Origin: Isurus oxyrinchus
Taxonomy: Eukaryota
Assembly: GCA_026770705.1 (NCBI GenBank)
Contig: JANJGN010000071.1
Location: 806,001 to 869,858 of the forward strand
DNA: 63,858 nt
Direction: 5' to 3'
Under the pieces are notes generated by a model, which was not told the DNA's origin, did no database searches, and was given only the letters and a program-made list of their open reading frames with translations. Each line of letters opens with the position of its first letter. Within the stretch, counting starts at the first letter, position 1. Shown here in pieces: positions 10,930-24,549 of the stretch. Made by a program: the position numbers and the translations under genes.

Positions 10930-12609
10930 AACTGAGTGTGAAACGGGTAGAGGGGGTGAGGAGGTTTGTGGGTGGGGGCAGGGATTATGATTCCTTGGAG
11001 AATGAGACAACCCACTGGGGGAGAGGGGGAGAGAGGGAGGAAGGGACTGAATGGGTCTGTGGTTGGTGTGGTTTGGAATGAAATGTTTCCCCAGTGATGA
11101 CTTGATGCTGAGTCATTGGGGACAGAGATTCAGTNNNNNNNNNNNNNNNNNNNNNNNNNNNNNNNNNNNNNNNNNNNNNNNNNNNNNNNNNNNNNNNNNN
11201 NNNNNNNNNNNNNNNNNNNNNNNNNNNNNNNNNNNNNNNNNNNNNNNNNNNNNNNNNNNNNNNNNNNNNNNNNNNNNNNNNNNNNNNNNNNNNNNNNNNN
11301 NNNNNNNNNNNNNNNNNNNNNNNNNNNNNNNNNNNNNNNNNNNNNNNNNNNNNTAACTGCCTTTGTTAACTCAGCTTTTTGTCACCTTTCCCTAATATTT
11401 CATTACGTGTCTCAGAGATGGATTTATATGTGGTTAACAATCCCCTGAATAGTTTTGGGACAGGTTGCCACATTACGGGTGCTATATAAATGCAAGTTGT
11501 TGTGGAAAAATTGATCTGCCTCGATTCAGAATGGAAACACGGAGAATCCTTCGACAGGGCATGTGTGCAACAGGCTCGCAATAAATGCATTGCACGGCAA
11601 CAACTAAGCATGTCCTTTGATGCTGATGCATCCCAGTCCTGCTGTGTGGACACATCACAACCGAGGGACTGCCTGACTGCGTGCAGCCAACATGGCCAAA
11701 TAGTAATTAGCAGAAATGTGACATCACTGAACTTTGTTAACATTTCAGAGTGTGCTTTCTGAATTCTGCAACTAGTTTATTCTGTGATAGATTACAAGAA
11801 GCCTTTGCATTTTCTATAATATTACATTTATTGTCACAAGGGATTGAAATGCCCAGACAACTCTGTACAGATATATTTTTATTAAACATCTTACTCTGGG
11901 ACAACCTTCCTGCTCCAATCTGTTAATTCATGTCATTGCATTTCACCCCCCCAAATTATGTAAATTCATGTGTCCACATTTATCATGAAAATTTCCCATG
12001 TAAACATGTCACACTGTACTTACACTCTCTTGCCAGTGGTGGTGCTGTAAACACACCAAATTCTTTCTCAGAGATTGCAGGACATCTCCCAGTTGTCTTT
12101 ACAATATTATTAAGATACAGGGAATGGGGACAAGCTTCACACTGTGGTTACGATGTTGTTAAGACAGAGAAATGGTAATACCTCCCCCCACCCCCTCCAC
12201 AGAGTTGTGGGCAGGGTCAGTTCTGGCTGTGAGACCCCCACACTCATCCCACGCCCCCTGTTCATTTCCCCATCCCTGCTCTAACTTAGCGCTTTTAGAC
12301 GTGAAGTGCGGGGCCCACAGGAAAGTGTGGAAGGGCTGCCCATCGCAGCTGGAACAAGGAACCTGGCAAGTCACCCAGGATAGAATGGCAGAGTGGGGGA
12401 GGGGGAGCAGTGGGGTCAATATCCACATCCTCCACAATACCCCCATCACTGTGTCACTACCAAGAGGGAACATCAGTTCGAGACAGAGGCCAGAGTGTGA
12501 CCAACTGAGACAAACTGAGCCTGAAACCAGCATCAACCAGTGTCCCAGCAAATAAGGTCAGAGTAGGGGAAATGGGGAAAAGACAGAAAGGTTCTTAATC
12601 TGAATGCAC

Positions 12610-13345
12610 GCAAGAGAGAATCTAACCATCTCCCCTTGACATTCAATGGCAACACCATCACTGAATCCCCAAATATCAACAGCCTGGGGGTTACCATAGG
12701 CCAGAGAATGAACTGGACCAGCCACATAAATGCTATGACTGTTAGAGCAGCTCAGAGGCTGGGAATCCTGCGGTGAGTAACTCACCTCCTGACTCCTGAA
12801 ATCCTGTCCATCATCAACATAGCACAAGGCAGGAGTGTGAATGGAATACTCTCCACTTGCCCGGATGAGTGCAGCTCCAACAACACTCAAGAAGCCCGAC
12901 ACCACCCTGGACAAAGCAGCCCCGCTTGATTGTCTCCCCGTCAACCACAGCAACACTCACTCCCTCCATCGTCAATGCACAGTGGCAGCAGTGTGTCCCA
13001 TCTACAATATGAACTTCAGCAACTCAGCAAGGTTCCTTCAACAGCACCTTCCAAACCCACGAGCTCTACCATTGAGAAGGACAAGGGCAGCAGACATAGG
13101 GGAACACCACCACCTGGAAGTTCCCCTCCAATCCACACATCATCCTGATTTTGAAATATATCGCCGTCCCTTCACTGCCACTGGGTCAAAATCTTGGACT
13201 TCCTTCTCTAACTGCATTGTGGGTGTACCTACACCACATGGACTGCAGAGGTTCAGGAAGGCAGCTCACCACCACCTTCTCAAGGTAATTAAGGATGGGC
13301 CATAAATGCTGGCCTAGCCAGTGATGCCCACTTCCCATGGAAGAA
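12610..13345 (+). mobile_element. Non-LTR retrotransposon (CR1/L2 group) 3' fragment
   Basis: ORF 12841-13305 MEYSPLARMSAAPTTLKKPDTTLDKAA... Confidence 0.8.
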
Positions 13346-13354
13346 TGAATATAT

Positions 13355-16140
13355 AAAACATTAATTTGGAACAAAATGAATGAAGTTATAGCACAAATAG
13401 AGATTAATGGGTACGATAAGATGGACACTGCAGAGAGTTGGTTGCAAGGTGACCAAGGTTGGAAATTGAAAATTGAAGGATATTTGGTATCTTTGAAAGG
13501 ATAGGAAAAATGAAAAGGAGGTGGGGTCGCTCTGTTAATAAAAGATGAGACCTGTAAAGTAGTGAGAAATGATTTTGGCTCAGATGTCAAGATGCACAGT
13601 CTTGGGTGAATATAAGGAATTGCAAGGGAAAGAATGTCTGATGGGTTGGTTTACACTCCCCCCTGACAGTAGTTACACTGCAGGGATAGATTATAAATCA
13701 ATACATCAGGAGGTTTATGAGAAAGGCACCACAATAATCATGGGAGTTTTCAATCGTCATATCGATTAGACAAATCAGATTAGCAAATGTAGCTTTCAGC
13801 GAGGTTATACAGATTGTATTCAGGACAGTATTTTAGAACAATGCAACATGGAACCAACCAGGGAAGAGGCTGTTTTAGTCCTGGCAATGTTTAATGAGAC
13901 AAGACTAATTAACATCTCATTGTAAAGGACCCTCAAGGGAAGAGTAATCATACGGTGTTGAAATTTAATATTCAGTTTAGAAACTTGGTTCTGAAGCTAG
14001 TGTCATAAACTTAACTAAAGGCAATTACAAGGGTTAAAAGTAGAGTCAGCCCAAGTAGGGTGGGACAGCAGGTTAAAGGGGGGGGGGGTAGATGAGGAGT
14101 AACAGGCGTCTAAAGAGATGTTTCATAAATGCCAATGAAGATATTTTCCAGTAAGAAAGAAAGAATCTATAAAAAGGATGGAGCATCGGTGGCTAACTCA
14201 GGAAGCTAAGGACGGTATCCAATTGTGAGATAAAGCCGGCAATGTTGGGATGCTTAGTGATAGGCTGGAGATTGGGAATATTTGAGAAACCAGAAAAGTG
14301 AGGGAAGAAATATAAGGAGGCAGAAATGATGATATGAGAGTAAACTAGCAAGAACCATAAACAATGACAGTGAGATGTTGTACATTAAAATAAGAGAGAA
14401 GCTACAGTAATAATGGGACACATAGAAAATCAGACTGGGGAATTAATAATGGGAAACAAGGAAATGACAGAGACTTTCAACAAGAATTTTGTGTCTGTCT
14501 TCACAGTAAAAATCTCTAAAACCATCCCAATAGCAGGAGAAAGTCACGGTGCAACAAGGAGGGAGGAACATAAAACAATCACTATCACCAGAGAAAAAGT
14601 ATTAAGAAAACTAATGAGACAAATGCTGACAAGTCCCATGGAGCAGACGGCCTGAATGTGAGGGTCTGAAAGGAAATGGCTGCAGAGACGGTGGATGCAT
14701 TGGTTGTAATCTTCCAGAATTCCTTAGATTATGGGAAGGTCCCAGCGCATTGGAAAAACATAAATGAAACATTTCTGTTCAATAAAGGGAGGAGGCAGAA
14801 AGCAAGAAACTACAGGTCAGTTAGTCTAATATCTGTCATTGAGAAAATACCAGAATTCATTATGAAGGAGGGAGCAGCGGGACATTTAGAAAACCATAAT
14901 TCAATCAGACAGAGTCAACATGGGTTTGTGAAAGGGATATCATGTTTGAAAAAATAATTAGATTTCCTCGAGGATGTAACAAGTGGATTGGATAAAGGGG
15001 AAACTGTAGATGTGGTGTATTAGGGACTATGACACAGCCAAGGGTAAAGGCTGAGTTGTTCAAATCCCAGAGGGAAAATTGAAACAACTGTCGTAACCCA
15101 ATCTTGCTGTTTGTAATTTCGAGATGAAGACTTTGAATTCAGAAGGAATAAAACCACCGAGGCTTGTGGGGTTTTAATACAAAACTAAATGAAACATTTA
15201 TTAATTTAACAACAAAATTAACACATACACATTGGCTACAAATAACTACTATAAAAACTTTTTAACAAATCCCCCAATTAATCACCCCCACGTAAATCTC
15301 TACTAAGGCAACAATGAACCATTGACATAATATAGACACCAGGCAAAGCACATTTGACATTCCGAATTCCGAATGAGGTTCCTTTGCAAGTTGGTTGGAG
15401 GTTACAGGTTGGTTCGGTCTGAAATGCTCCTGCCTCACACACACAAACTCCTTCCTTTATATAGCTAGCTTTCCTTTTGAATGTAAATTTTCCATTGTAT
15501 CACTCTGACTTCTGAACTCCAGCTCTTCGAACAATAAACCCCCCTTTCATAGCACCAATTTCATTAGTAAGTTCAAGAAAAAACACATCTTTTAGCTCCT
15601 TCTAACTAGGTGCAAGACTTTTCCCCCAGTCTTGAATGGTTTATTCAACAATTACAAATTAACAATTTAATGTTCTCCTCACAATTCACCTAATTAACAT
15701 CTCAAAACTACTAAACATCAAAGCACACAGACCAGCTGACTTTAATCCAATTAAGACACACACAGACACACCCCTATACATGGACTACCACTAGAATTCT
15801 ATTTTAAATAATAATTTCCAAGCACATTTTACACACAAATATCTCTTCATGACATTGCATTTCCAAAAGACATTCGATAAGGAGCCACATCAAAGGATAC
15901 TGCACAGGGTGAAATTGGATGGTGTTGGAGGGGATATATTAATATGGATAGAGGACTGGCTAACTGACAGGAAACAGAGAGCCAGGATAAATGGGTGATT
16001 TTCAGCTTGGTAAACTGTAACTAGTGGAGAGCCGCAGGGATCAGTGCTGAGGCCTCAACTATTCACAATCGACATTAGTGACTTGGATGAAGAGACTGAC
16101 TGTACTGTAGGCAGATTTTCTAACTGTATGGTGAAGATAG
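13355..16140 (+). mobile_element. Degenerate CR1 LINE ORF2 (endonuclease/RT), interrupted by an LTR-like insertion at about 15022-15854
   Basis: Fragments IMGVFN, IFQNSLDYGKVPAHWK, NYRSVSLIS, QSQHGFVKG and PQGSVL-like, with many stops and frameshifts. Confidence 0.85.
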
Positions 16141-16154
16141 GTAGGAAATATATA

Positions 16155-16250
16155 AAACAAAAACAGAATTACCTGGAAAAACTCAGCAGGTCTGGCAGCA
16201 TCGGCGGAGAAGAAAAGAGTTGACGTTCCAAGTCCTCATGACCCTTCACC
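16155..16250 (-). mobile_element. Short Penelope-type non-autonomous element with a degenerate hammerhead-like end
   Basis: Same family as 31303-31435 and 43295-43446; absent from the paralogous site near 2820. Confidence 0.6.
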
Positions 16251-17036
16251 TGTGAGGAGGACACAAAGGGGCACAGAGGGAGATAAATAGTTTCAGTGAG
16301 GGGATAAAAAAATGAGTGGATGGAATATAAGGAGTGAAAATGTCAGGGTGTCCAGCTGATCCTACTTGTTCTGTTCTTATATTCTTATACAGACACAGGG
16401 TTTACTGACAGTGCACAGCAAAGTGCTGTTCTCTCACTTTGTTCCAACTTCCTCATTTTGTCTCACAGAGACACATCAACCCTTTCTAATTAAATACACA
16501 GAGGGAGCAGCACAGGAAGAGGTCATTCAGCCCAAGCAGAGCGTGTGGGCAGTTCCTCCCCAGGCGAGCAGTCGGACAGGTCCTGGGTAAGTAACGGAAC
16601 GATTGGAATTCACTTCCACCACCAACACCGTCCTTTGTTGATGTTGTGACTTTATAAAGACAGATTCCAATGATTGATGCCTTTGAAAGATTTCTACTGA
16701 TTATTGAGATCTGGGTGTGAGGCTCAAGTCTGTTGTACAGAACATCTTTCTAGCTCAAGGGATGAGGGAAGTGGAGTGACATGAGATTTTGGATGCCCTG
16801 AGGTGGTGAAAGGTGCTATACAAATTCAAATCCTTCAATGTTTTTCTTCCTTAAAGCCTTGTAACTCTCTGCAGAGCACCTATCATCCCACAGAGAATCA
16901 AATTAGTCAGTGAAGTCATAGTCTAAAAGGAGTTCTGATCTCTCGAGAGCTGTCGGACAAGAGGTGAGGTCTCATTAACTCCTTTCTCTTTCAGAGTTTG
17001 AGAGTGAGAAGTGAATGGAATATCTGGGAGTGGACA

Positions 17037-17076
17037 ATGATCGGGAAATCTTACTTCATCCTGTCACTTCTCCAAG
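17037..17076 (+). CDS. Siglec-like gene B, signal-peptide exon (MIGKSYFILSLLQ)
   Basis: Paralogue of 3627-3666 with an intact phase-1 donor. Confidence 0.8.
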
Positions 17077-18959
17077 GTAATATCATCGTCAGCTTGGACA
17101 GATTTATGGTAAAGAGTCTTTGTAAAAGATCATTCTTATTGAGCTCTGATTGGGAACTAATTCAGCAGTGAGCCAGTGTACAAACTCATACCAAGTCCCA
17201 TTCACCCATCACCCCTGTGCTCACTGATATACACTGACTCCCTGTCTGACAGCAGAATTGGAGGAGAATAGAGATCTCAGAGGGTTGTAGGAGCTGGAGA
17301 CGGTTACACAATTAGGCAGGATTGTAGCAGCTAGAGCAGAATCTTAAACTTCAGGTGATGTCGAGTGTTGGTCAGTGAGAGATGGGGAGTGATGGGTTGA
17401 GAAGTAAATCAGGGAAAAAAACTGGGGGATGAAATCTATCCAGGCGCTAGGATTCTGATAGCAATAACCTGAAATTTGTGTCTTTTGCTGATTTTAGACA
17501 GCATTTCCCATGAAGACAGCACAGCAGCTCCTAGAATAGACAGGCTGTTCAGTGTCACACTTCCTGCCCATTCTCACCATGCTAGATACTTCAATCAGGG
17601 AGCAAGATAACTGAAAGAGAGAAGGGAGGCAAAGCTGTCTGTGTGTAAAACTGTCAAATATTCTGAGTTATCATGATTGATTCTGATCTGCTGCAGAGTT
17701 TAAATTTCACAGAATCTGAGCACTTTGCAGCTCAGAGAGAGACCATTGACTCACTGCCTGAAAGGGCGGTGGAAGCAGATTCAACAGGAACTTTCAGAAG
17801 GGGAACTGGATAAATACTTGAAGGGAAATTTGTAGGGATGTGTGAAAGGTGCTGGAGAGGAATTGGGAAAGAGCCAGCACATGCACGATGGGTCAAATGA
17901 GCTCCTCCTGTGTTGTATCATTCAACAATCAGACAATTTTAGATCCTTATCAGCAAATCTTCAGAATCCTGCTGAAGTCACGGATATTTCAGAAGGACAG
18001 GGAACAAGAGGTTTCTGGTATCAGCGTTTCACGTGGGGCCCAGTTCAGTTTGAACAAATAAACAACACCATCTTTGAAAGTCATGAACCCACCACTGCGG
18101 CACCTCCGACACATGCAGAGCTCAGGCTAGAGGCGCTTTGTTAGTGTGTTTCACAGTGTCTGCTGGAGTAGGGTCAGTGCTGAGCTTGGGGACAAGTCAG
18201 TCTACAATGCTGCATCGGAATCAACAATACAACAATATGGGGTTTGGATCAGAAATAATCCCTTAGACAATGAGGATCCATAGAGATTCCTCAGACAATG
18301 AGGATCCAAAGTGATTCCTCAGACAATGAGGATCCAACGAGATTCCTTATTCCATTGGTTGTCTAATTGGGGTCCATAATTTTCCAAGGGGTCCTCGGCA
18401 GAATCAAATTATCGAGCACGAGAGAGAAAAACACCGGAGAGAACGGGAAAGGTGGGTTGGGTTCATGACTTTCAAAGATGGTGTTGTTTATTTGTTCAAA
18501 CTGAACTGGGCCCCACACAAAACGCTGATACCAGAAACCTCTTGTTCCCTGTCCTTCTGAAATATCCGTGACTTCAGCAGGATTCTGAAGAGTTGCTGAT
18601 GGAGGAACAGACACCCAATTTTTTTTTTGGTGAAGTTCAGTCAGGAACCAATAACGTTTTGTTTCAAGTAGACGTTGTTTGAGATTCAAGACATTTGCTA
18701 AGAGAATAAGGCGACAAGATTCCATTTTTGCACAGACACCCTGGGGTCTGCCCTCGGCCCCCCCCAAAAATGACAAAAGCAGCAAATTGTGCTGCGAGCC
18801 CCCCGCGCACGTGTGAACCTCCCGAGGTCTGTGAGGACTCGGCGTTCCGGCTCTCTGCTCACGATGCACGAGGTCAGTCTGGATCTCAGGCCAAGGTGGG
18901 ATGGAGGAACACAGGGAGAACGGATACAGATACATCATTCACCAAAAGTTACACCACAC

Positions 18960-19600
18960 ATTAACCAGGTCAGAAAAATAGCAGTCCAAACGCTAGACTT
19001 TATTCTGAAAGGGAGTGAACTGAAAAGCAGGGAAGTGATGGAAAACCTGTATTGAACCTTGGTCAGTCTACATTGACCGTGCTGCCTGCAGTTCTGGTCA
19101 CCGTGTTATAAAAAGGATATAGAGACACTGGAGAGGGCGCAGAGAAGATTGACAATGATGATCCCAGAAATGTGGGGGTAAACATATGAGGACAGGACTG
19201 ACGGGCTGGGTCTCTCTTCCCTAGAAGAGACAAGGCTGAGGGGATGACCTAATCCAGGTGTTTAAAACTGAGAAAGGTTTCGATGGAGTGGATACAGAGA
19301 GAGTGTTTCCTCTTGTTGGGAGAGGAGACGAGAACTAGGGGCCCTCAATATGAGATCATCACTGATAAACCCAATGGGGAATTCCGGAGAAACGTCTTTA
19401 CCCAGAGAGTGGGGAGAATGTGGAACTCGCTCCCACAGGGAGTGGCTGGGGTGAATAGTATTGATGTATTTAAGACGGAACCTGGATTAACACATGAGGG
19501 AGAAAGGACCATAGGGGTATGATGGTAGGTTTAGAGGAAAGTTTTTAGTTGACTGGGTAGACAGAGAATATTTCCCCTTGTGGGGAGGAGAATAACTAGA
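18960..19600 (+). mobile_element. CR1-type LINE 3' fragment
   Basis: FRRNVFTQRVGRMWNSLPQ and CLQFWSP-like motifs. Confidence 0.8.
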
Positions 19601-20067
19601 GGCCGAGTGATTGGTGATTCCTTAAACATTGAAGAGAGAATGAACACCAATCAGATTGAATCAGATTAGCCAATCAGCTGTGTTGAAGAGCAGACAGGAA
19701 TGTTAGGCTAATTAGTGATTCATGACGGTGATAATGGGGGGAGTTCTGAGGGCTCCTAATCCATTGTCCTGTCTTGTAAATCAGCACTGAATGGATCTCA
19801 ATTGGTGTGTCTTGTAGACACTGTGTTGGGACGAAGACTAGCTTCACTAAACAGGGTCCTGAGGACCATGAGCCAATGTAGAATGAACTTGTCCACTCCT
19901 GTGTCCAGGATTCTCTACCATCCATTGTGAAACCTTGGGGAGTTCCTTGTGTGTCCTGTAGATGGTCCACACTGCAGCCACTGTGCCCCAGTGATGGAGG
20001 GGGTGGATATCGAGTCTAGTGGATCTACAAACTATCCAGGGTTAAATATTGATATTTCTCTCCCCAG

Positions 20068-20436
20068 TTGGACTGTCACAAAAGTGGAAAGGTGACACTC
20101 CACGAGAGGTGTCAGCGCAGGAAGGTTCCTGTGTACAGATTCCATGTCATTACAGTTATCCAGCAAAATCTGAAAACCGACCGCGAGGTGGAGTCTGGTT
20201 TAATAATGAGGAACAGATTCCCTGGGCTCCCATTGTCTTTCACTCCAAGGATCACAGTCACGAGTTACCACGGTTCCACCATCGGACCCGGCTGTCAGGA
20301 GACCTGCAAGATGGCGACAGTTCCCTGATTATAAACAACATCAGACGGGAAGATGCAGGACCTTATTTTTTCAGAATAGAATTTGACAATGGTCCGAGCC
20401 ATAACTATTACCCTGTAACCCAGCTTCACGTTTCTG
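20068..20436 (+). CDS. Siglec-like gene B, V-set Ig exon (canonical Arg kept, E-strand Cys replaced by Ser)
   Basis: 369 nt with canonical splice sites. GSCVQIPC...GDSSLII...YFFRIE. Confidence 0.9.
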
Positions 20437-20836
20437 GTAAGTGCTGTGTTATAATTACTCGACAATTCACATTCAACACTCAATGGGAAATAACACAATC
20501 TGTGATGTTTACATATTAACACAAAACACAGCTTATTATAACACACTGTCTGATTCTCAATAACCTGGTGATAGCTTCCAGTTCTGTCCTAAAGCAACCT
20601 CTAATACTCACTTTAATATCAATGATGAAATGCATTGATTGTGTCCATTAATGGTATCAGGTTATCCACTCTCATCGATCTCTCTAATCCAGTTTAAAAG
20701 TCTTTCCTGATCATTGTAAACTCTCAGTTCTGATATCATCCTTGTAAAAGTGCTTTCTCGTGTGGGACTGTGGTTTCTATTTGAACTGATGCTTCACGTT
20801 ATATTTCTCTAAAATGATCCATTCTCTGTGTGTTAG

Positions 20837-21133
20837 ATTTCACAGATAAACCCACGATATTCCCTGCTGAAATTATTGCAGGAAAGCGTGTGGATGTAAG
20901 CTGCACCTTCAACACAACGTGCAATGGAACAGCAGCACCTGTCTTAACCTGGGACACTCCCACTGACGTACCTGGATCAGTCTCAAACACTGTAACTCAG
21001 CATGGTGTCACTCTGACCTATACTTCTGTTCTGACCCTGATCCCATCACTCAAACACCACGGACACACACTCAGCTGCAGAGTGAGATATCCATCTGTTT
21101 CATCGGAGCGGACCCTCGTACTAACTGTGCAAG
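20837..21133 (+). CDS. Siglec-like gene B, C2-set exon (domain 2)
   Basis: 297 nt bounded by ttag| and |gtaagt; differs from the gene A exon by 2 amino acids. Confidence 0.9.
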
Positions 21134-21147
21134 GTAAGTATGGACAT

Positions 21148-22745
21148 CCAGTGTCTGGTGAGATAGTTGATACATTGGTTTTCATCTTCCAAAACTCCCT
21201 AGATTGAGGGAAGGTCCCATTAGATTGGAAGATAGGAAATGTAGCTCCATTATTCAAAAAGAGAGGGAGACAGAAATTGGGCAACTATAGATTTAACATC
21301 TGTCAGAGGGAAAATGTTAGAAGCTATTATTAAAGACGTTATAGCAGGGCACTCCAATAAGCTCAATGTCATCAGGCATAGTCAACATTGTTTTGTGACA
21401 GGGAAATTGCATTTAGCCAACTTATTGGATTTCTTTGAGGAAGTAACATGTGAATAAAGGGGAACTGGTGGATGTACTGTACCTATACATCCAGGAGCCA
21501 TTGGATAAAGTGCCACATCACAGGTTATTGTGGATAATAAAAGCTCATTATGTAGAGGCTAACATTTCGGCATGGTTAGAAGATTGGCTAGCTAGCAGGA
21601 AGCAGCGAGTAGGCATAAATGGGTCTTTTAGGTTGGCAGAATGTGAGGATTGATGTGCCACAGGGGTCAGTGCTGGGACCACAACAGTTATCAATTTCTG
21701 TAAATCATTTTGATGAAGGGATTGTTGGGATGGTAACTAAATTTGCTGATGAGACAGGGATATGAAATGGTCCATTTTGACAGGAGAAATGAAAGAGAAG
21801 CATGTTATCTAAGTGGTGAGAGATTGCATAGTTCTGAGGTGCAGAGGGATCTGGGTGTTCCAGTGCATGAATCATAAAAGGCCAATATCCAGGTTCAGCA
21901 AATAACTAGGAAAGCTAATAAAACATTGTTTTGTGACAGGGAAATTGCATTTAGCCAACTTATTGGATTTCTTTGAGGAAGTAACATGTGAATAAAGGGG
22001 AACTGGTGGATGTACTGTACCTATACATCCAGGAGGCATTGGATAAAGTGCCACATCACAGGTTATTGTGGATAATAAAAGCTCATTATGTAGAGGCTAA
22101 CATTTAATAAAACGTTATCATTGATTGTGAGGGGGAATTGAATACAAAAGTAGGGAGGCTACACTTCAGTTGTACAGGGAACTGCTGAGACCACATTAGG
22201 AGTACTGTGTACAGTATTGGTCTCCTTATTTAAGGAAGGATGTAAATGCGTCGGAAGCAGTTCAGAGAAGGTTGACCAGACCAATACCTGGAATGGGTGG
22301 GTTTGTCTGATGAGGAAAGGCTGGACAGACTAGGATTGGATCAGCTGGAGTTGAGAAGAGTAAGAGGCGACTTGACTGAAACATGTAAGATCCTGAGGGG
22401 TCTTGACAGGGTGGGTGTGGAGAGGGAGTTTCCTCTTATGGAAGAATCTAGAACTAGGGGTGACTGATTAAAAGTAACGGGACGTACATTTAAGAGAGAG
22501 ATGAGATGAAATTGTTTTCTCTCCGGGTTTGTAAGTCTTTGGAACTCTCTTCCTGAAATGATGGGAGAAACAGGGTCTTTAGATATTTTTAAAGCAGAGC
22601 AGCACAGATCCTTGGTAAGCAAGGGGGTGAGAGGTTATCGGGGGTGGATGGGATGCAGATTTCAGGTTAATATCAGATCAGCCAAGATCTTATTAAATGA
22701 TGGACCAGCCTCAAGGGGCTGAATGGCCTACTCCTGCTCCTTGTT
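21148..22745 (+). mobile_element. Degenerate CR1 LINE insertion with an internal ~180-bp duplication (21385-21565 and 21925-22100)
   Basis: IFQNSLD, LEDWLASRKQRVGING, PQGSVLGP and LEYCVQYWSP-like motifs; absent from the paralogous gene A intron. Confidence 0.85.
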
Positions 22746-22844
22746 TACCTATTCTACATCAGCTGTGATAGTCCTGACTTTGCACAGCAAGATCCCACAA
22801 ACTGCACTCTGTTTAGCAACAGATCACCTATCTGATAAAAATTC

Positions 22845-23910
22845 ACCTCTGACAGTGCAGCACTCTCTCAGAACTGACACTCCAACAGTTCAGCACCACC
22901 TCTCCACTGACCCTCTGACAATGTAGCGCTCCCTCAGTACTGACCCTCCAACAGTTCAGCACCATCTCTCTACTGACCCTCTGACAATGCATCACTCCCT
23001 CAGTACTGACCACCTGACAGTGCAGTGCTCCCGCAGCACTGACCCACCGACAATGCTGCAATCCCTAGGTACTGACCCTCCAACAGTGCAGCACTCCCTC
23101 AGTACTGAGAGTCAGTACTGCGGGAGTGCTGCACTGTCGGACGGTCAGTACTGAGGGAGTGCTGCACTGTCAGAGGGCAGTACTGAGAGAGTGCCACACT
23201 GTCAGAGTGTCAGTACTGAGGGAGTGCTGCACTGTCAGAGGGTCAGTACTGAGGGAGTGCTGCACTTCGGAGGGTGAATACTGAGGGAGTGCTGCACTGT
23301 CAGAGGGTCATTACTGAGGGATTGCTGCAATGTCAGAGGGTCATTACTGAGGGAGTGCTGCACTGTCGGAGGGTCAGTATTGAGGGAGTGCTGCACTGTC
23401 GGAGGGTGAATACTGAGGGAGTGCTGCACTGTCGGAGGGTGAATACTGAGGGAGTGCTGCACTGTCATCGGGTCAGTACTGAGGGAGTGCTGAACTTTCA
23501 GAGGGTCAGTACTGAGGGGGTGCTGCACTGTTGGAGAGTGAGTACTGAGGTGGTGCTGCACCATTGGGGGTTCAGTACTGACGGAGTGCTGCACTGTCAC
23601 CGGGTCAGTACTGAGGGAGTGCTGCACTGTCAGAGGGTCAGTACTGAGGGCTGCTGCACTGTCAGAGGGTCAGTACTGAGGGAGTGCTACACTGTCAGAG
23701 GGTGAGTACTGAGGGAGTGCTGCACTGTCAGAGGGTCAGTACTGATGGAGTGCTGCACTGTCAGAGGGTCAGTACTGATGGAGTGCTGTACTGTCGGAGG
23801 GTCAGTACTGAGGGAGTGCTGCACCGTCGGAGGGTGAGTACTGAGGGGGTGCTGCACCTTTGGGGGGTCAGTATTGAGGGAGTGCTGCACCGTTGGGGGG
23901 TCATTGCCGA
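22845..23910. repeat. 32-bp array that switches orientation near 23105
   Basis: C-rich units from 22845 to about 23108, then G-rich reverse-complement units to 23910. Confidence 0.85.
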
Positions 23911-24549
23911 GTGAGTGCTGCTCTGTCTGAGAATTATCACTTGTATCAAAACGTTTTTAACTTTACTGTTGTTCCCACTTCTGCTGCAACTGCTCCACAT
24001 CCCCATGTGTTAACTGGAGCATGTCAGCCTGGAGTTACGTGGAATTGCAGAGCAGAATCTGCTCTCACACATTGAAGCTGGCAATCGCTAAATGTCCCTC
24101 AGTGATGATGTTTTCTGATGGAATGAAACTTGGCAAAGCCGTGGGTAGTGATAAGGAGAGATTGGGCATGAGAGGGGCAGGATCAGTGTGAGGTGGGCAG
24201 ACACATGGCTGATGCAGTTCAGCGCAGTGTCGTGTGAAGTGACGCACTTTGTCAGGATGAATACAGACAGATATTGGACAGTAATGATTTGGACAGGTGT
24301 AGGTGAGCAGAGACCTGAGCGTCTCTCTGCACTCATTCTGAAAGATTAAAGGACAACTTGTTGAGGTGATGAAGAAAGAAAATGTCTTCCTTGTGTTAAC
24401 AGACTGAGGAACTGAGTTAAAAGCAAAGAGATCATGCGGGAACTTTATAAATCACTGGTTAGAACTCAGCTGGAATATTGTTCAGAACGCTGGGCCTCCA
24501 CACTTCAGGAAAGATGTAAGAGCTTCAGACAGGGTGTCCAAGAGGACAA

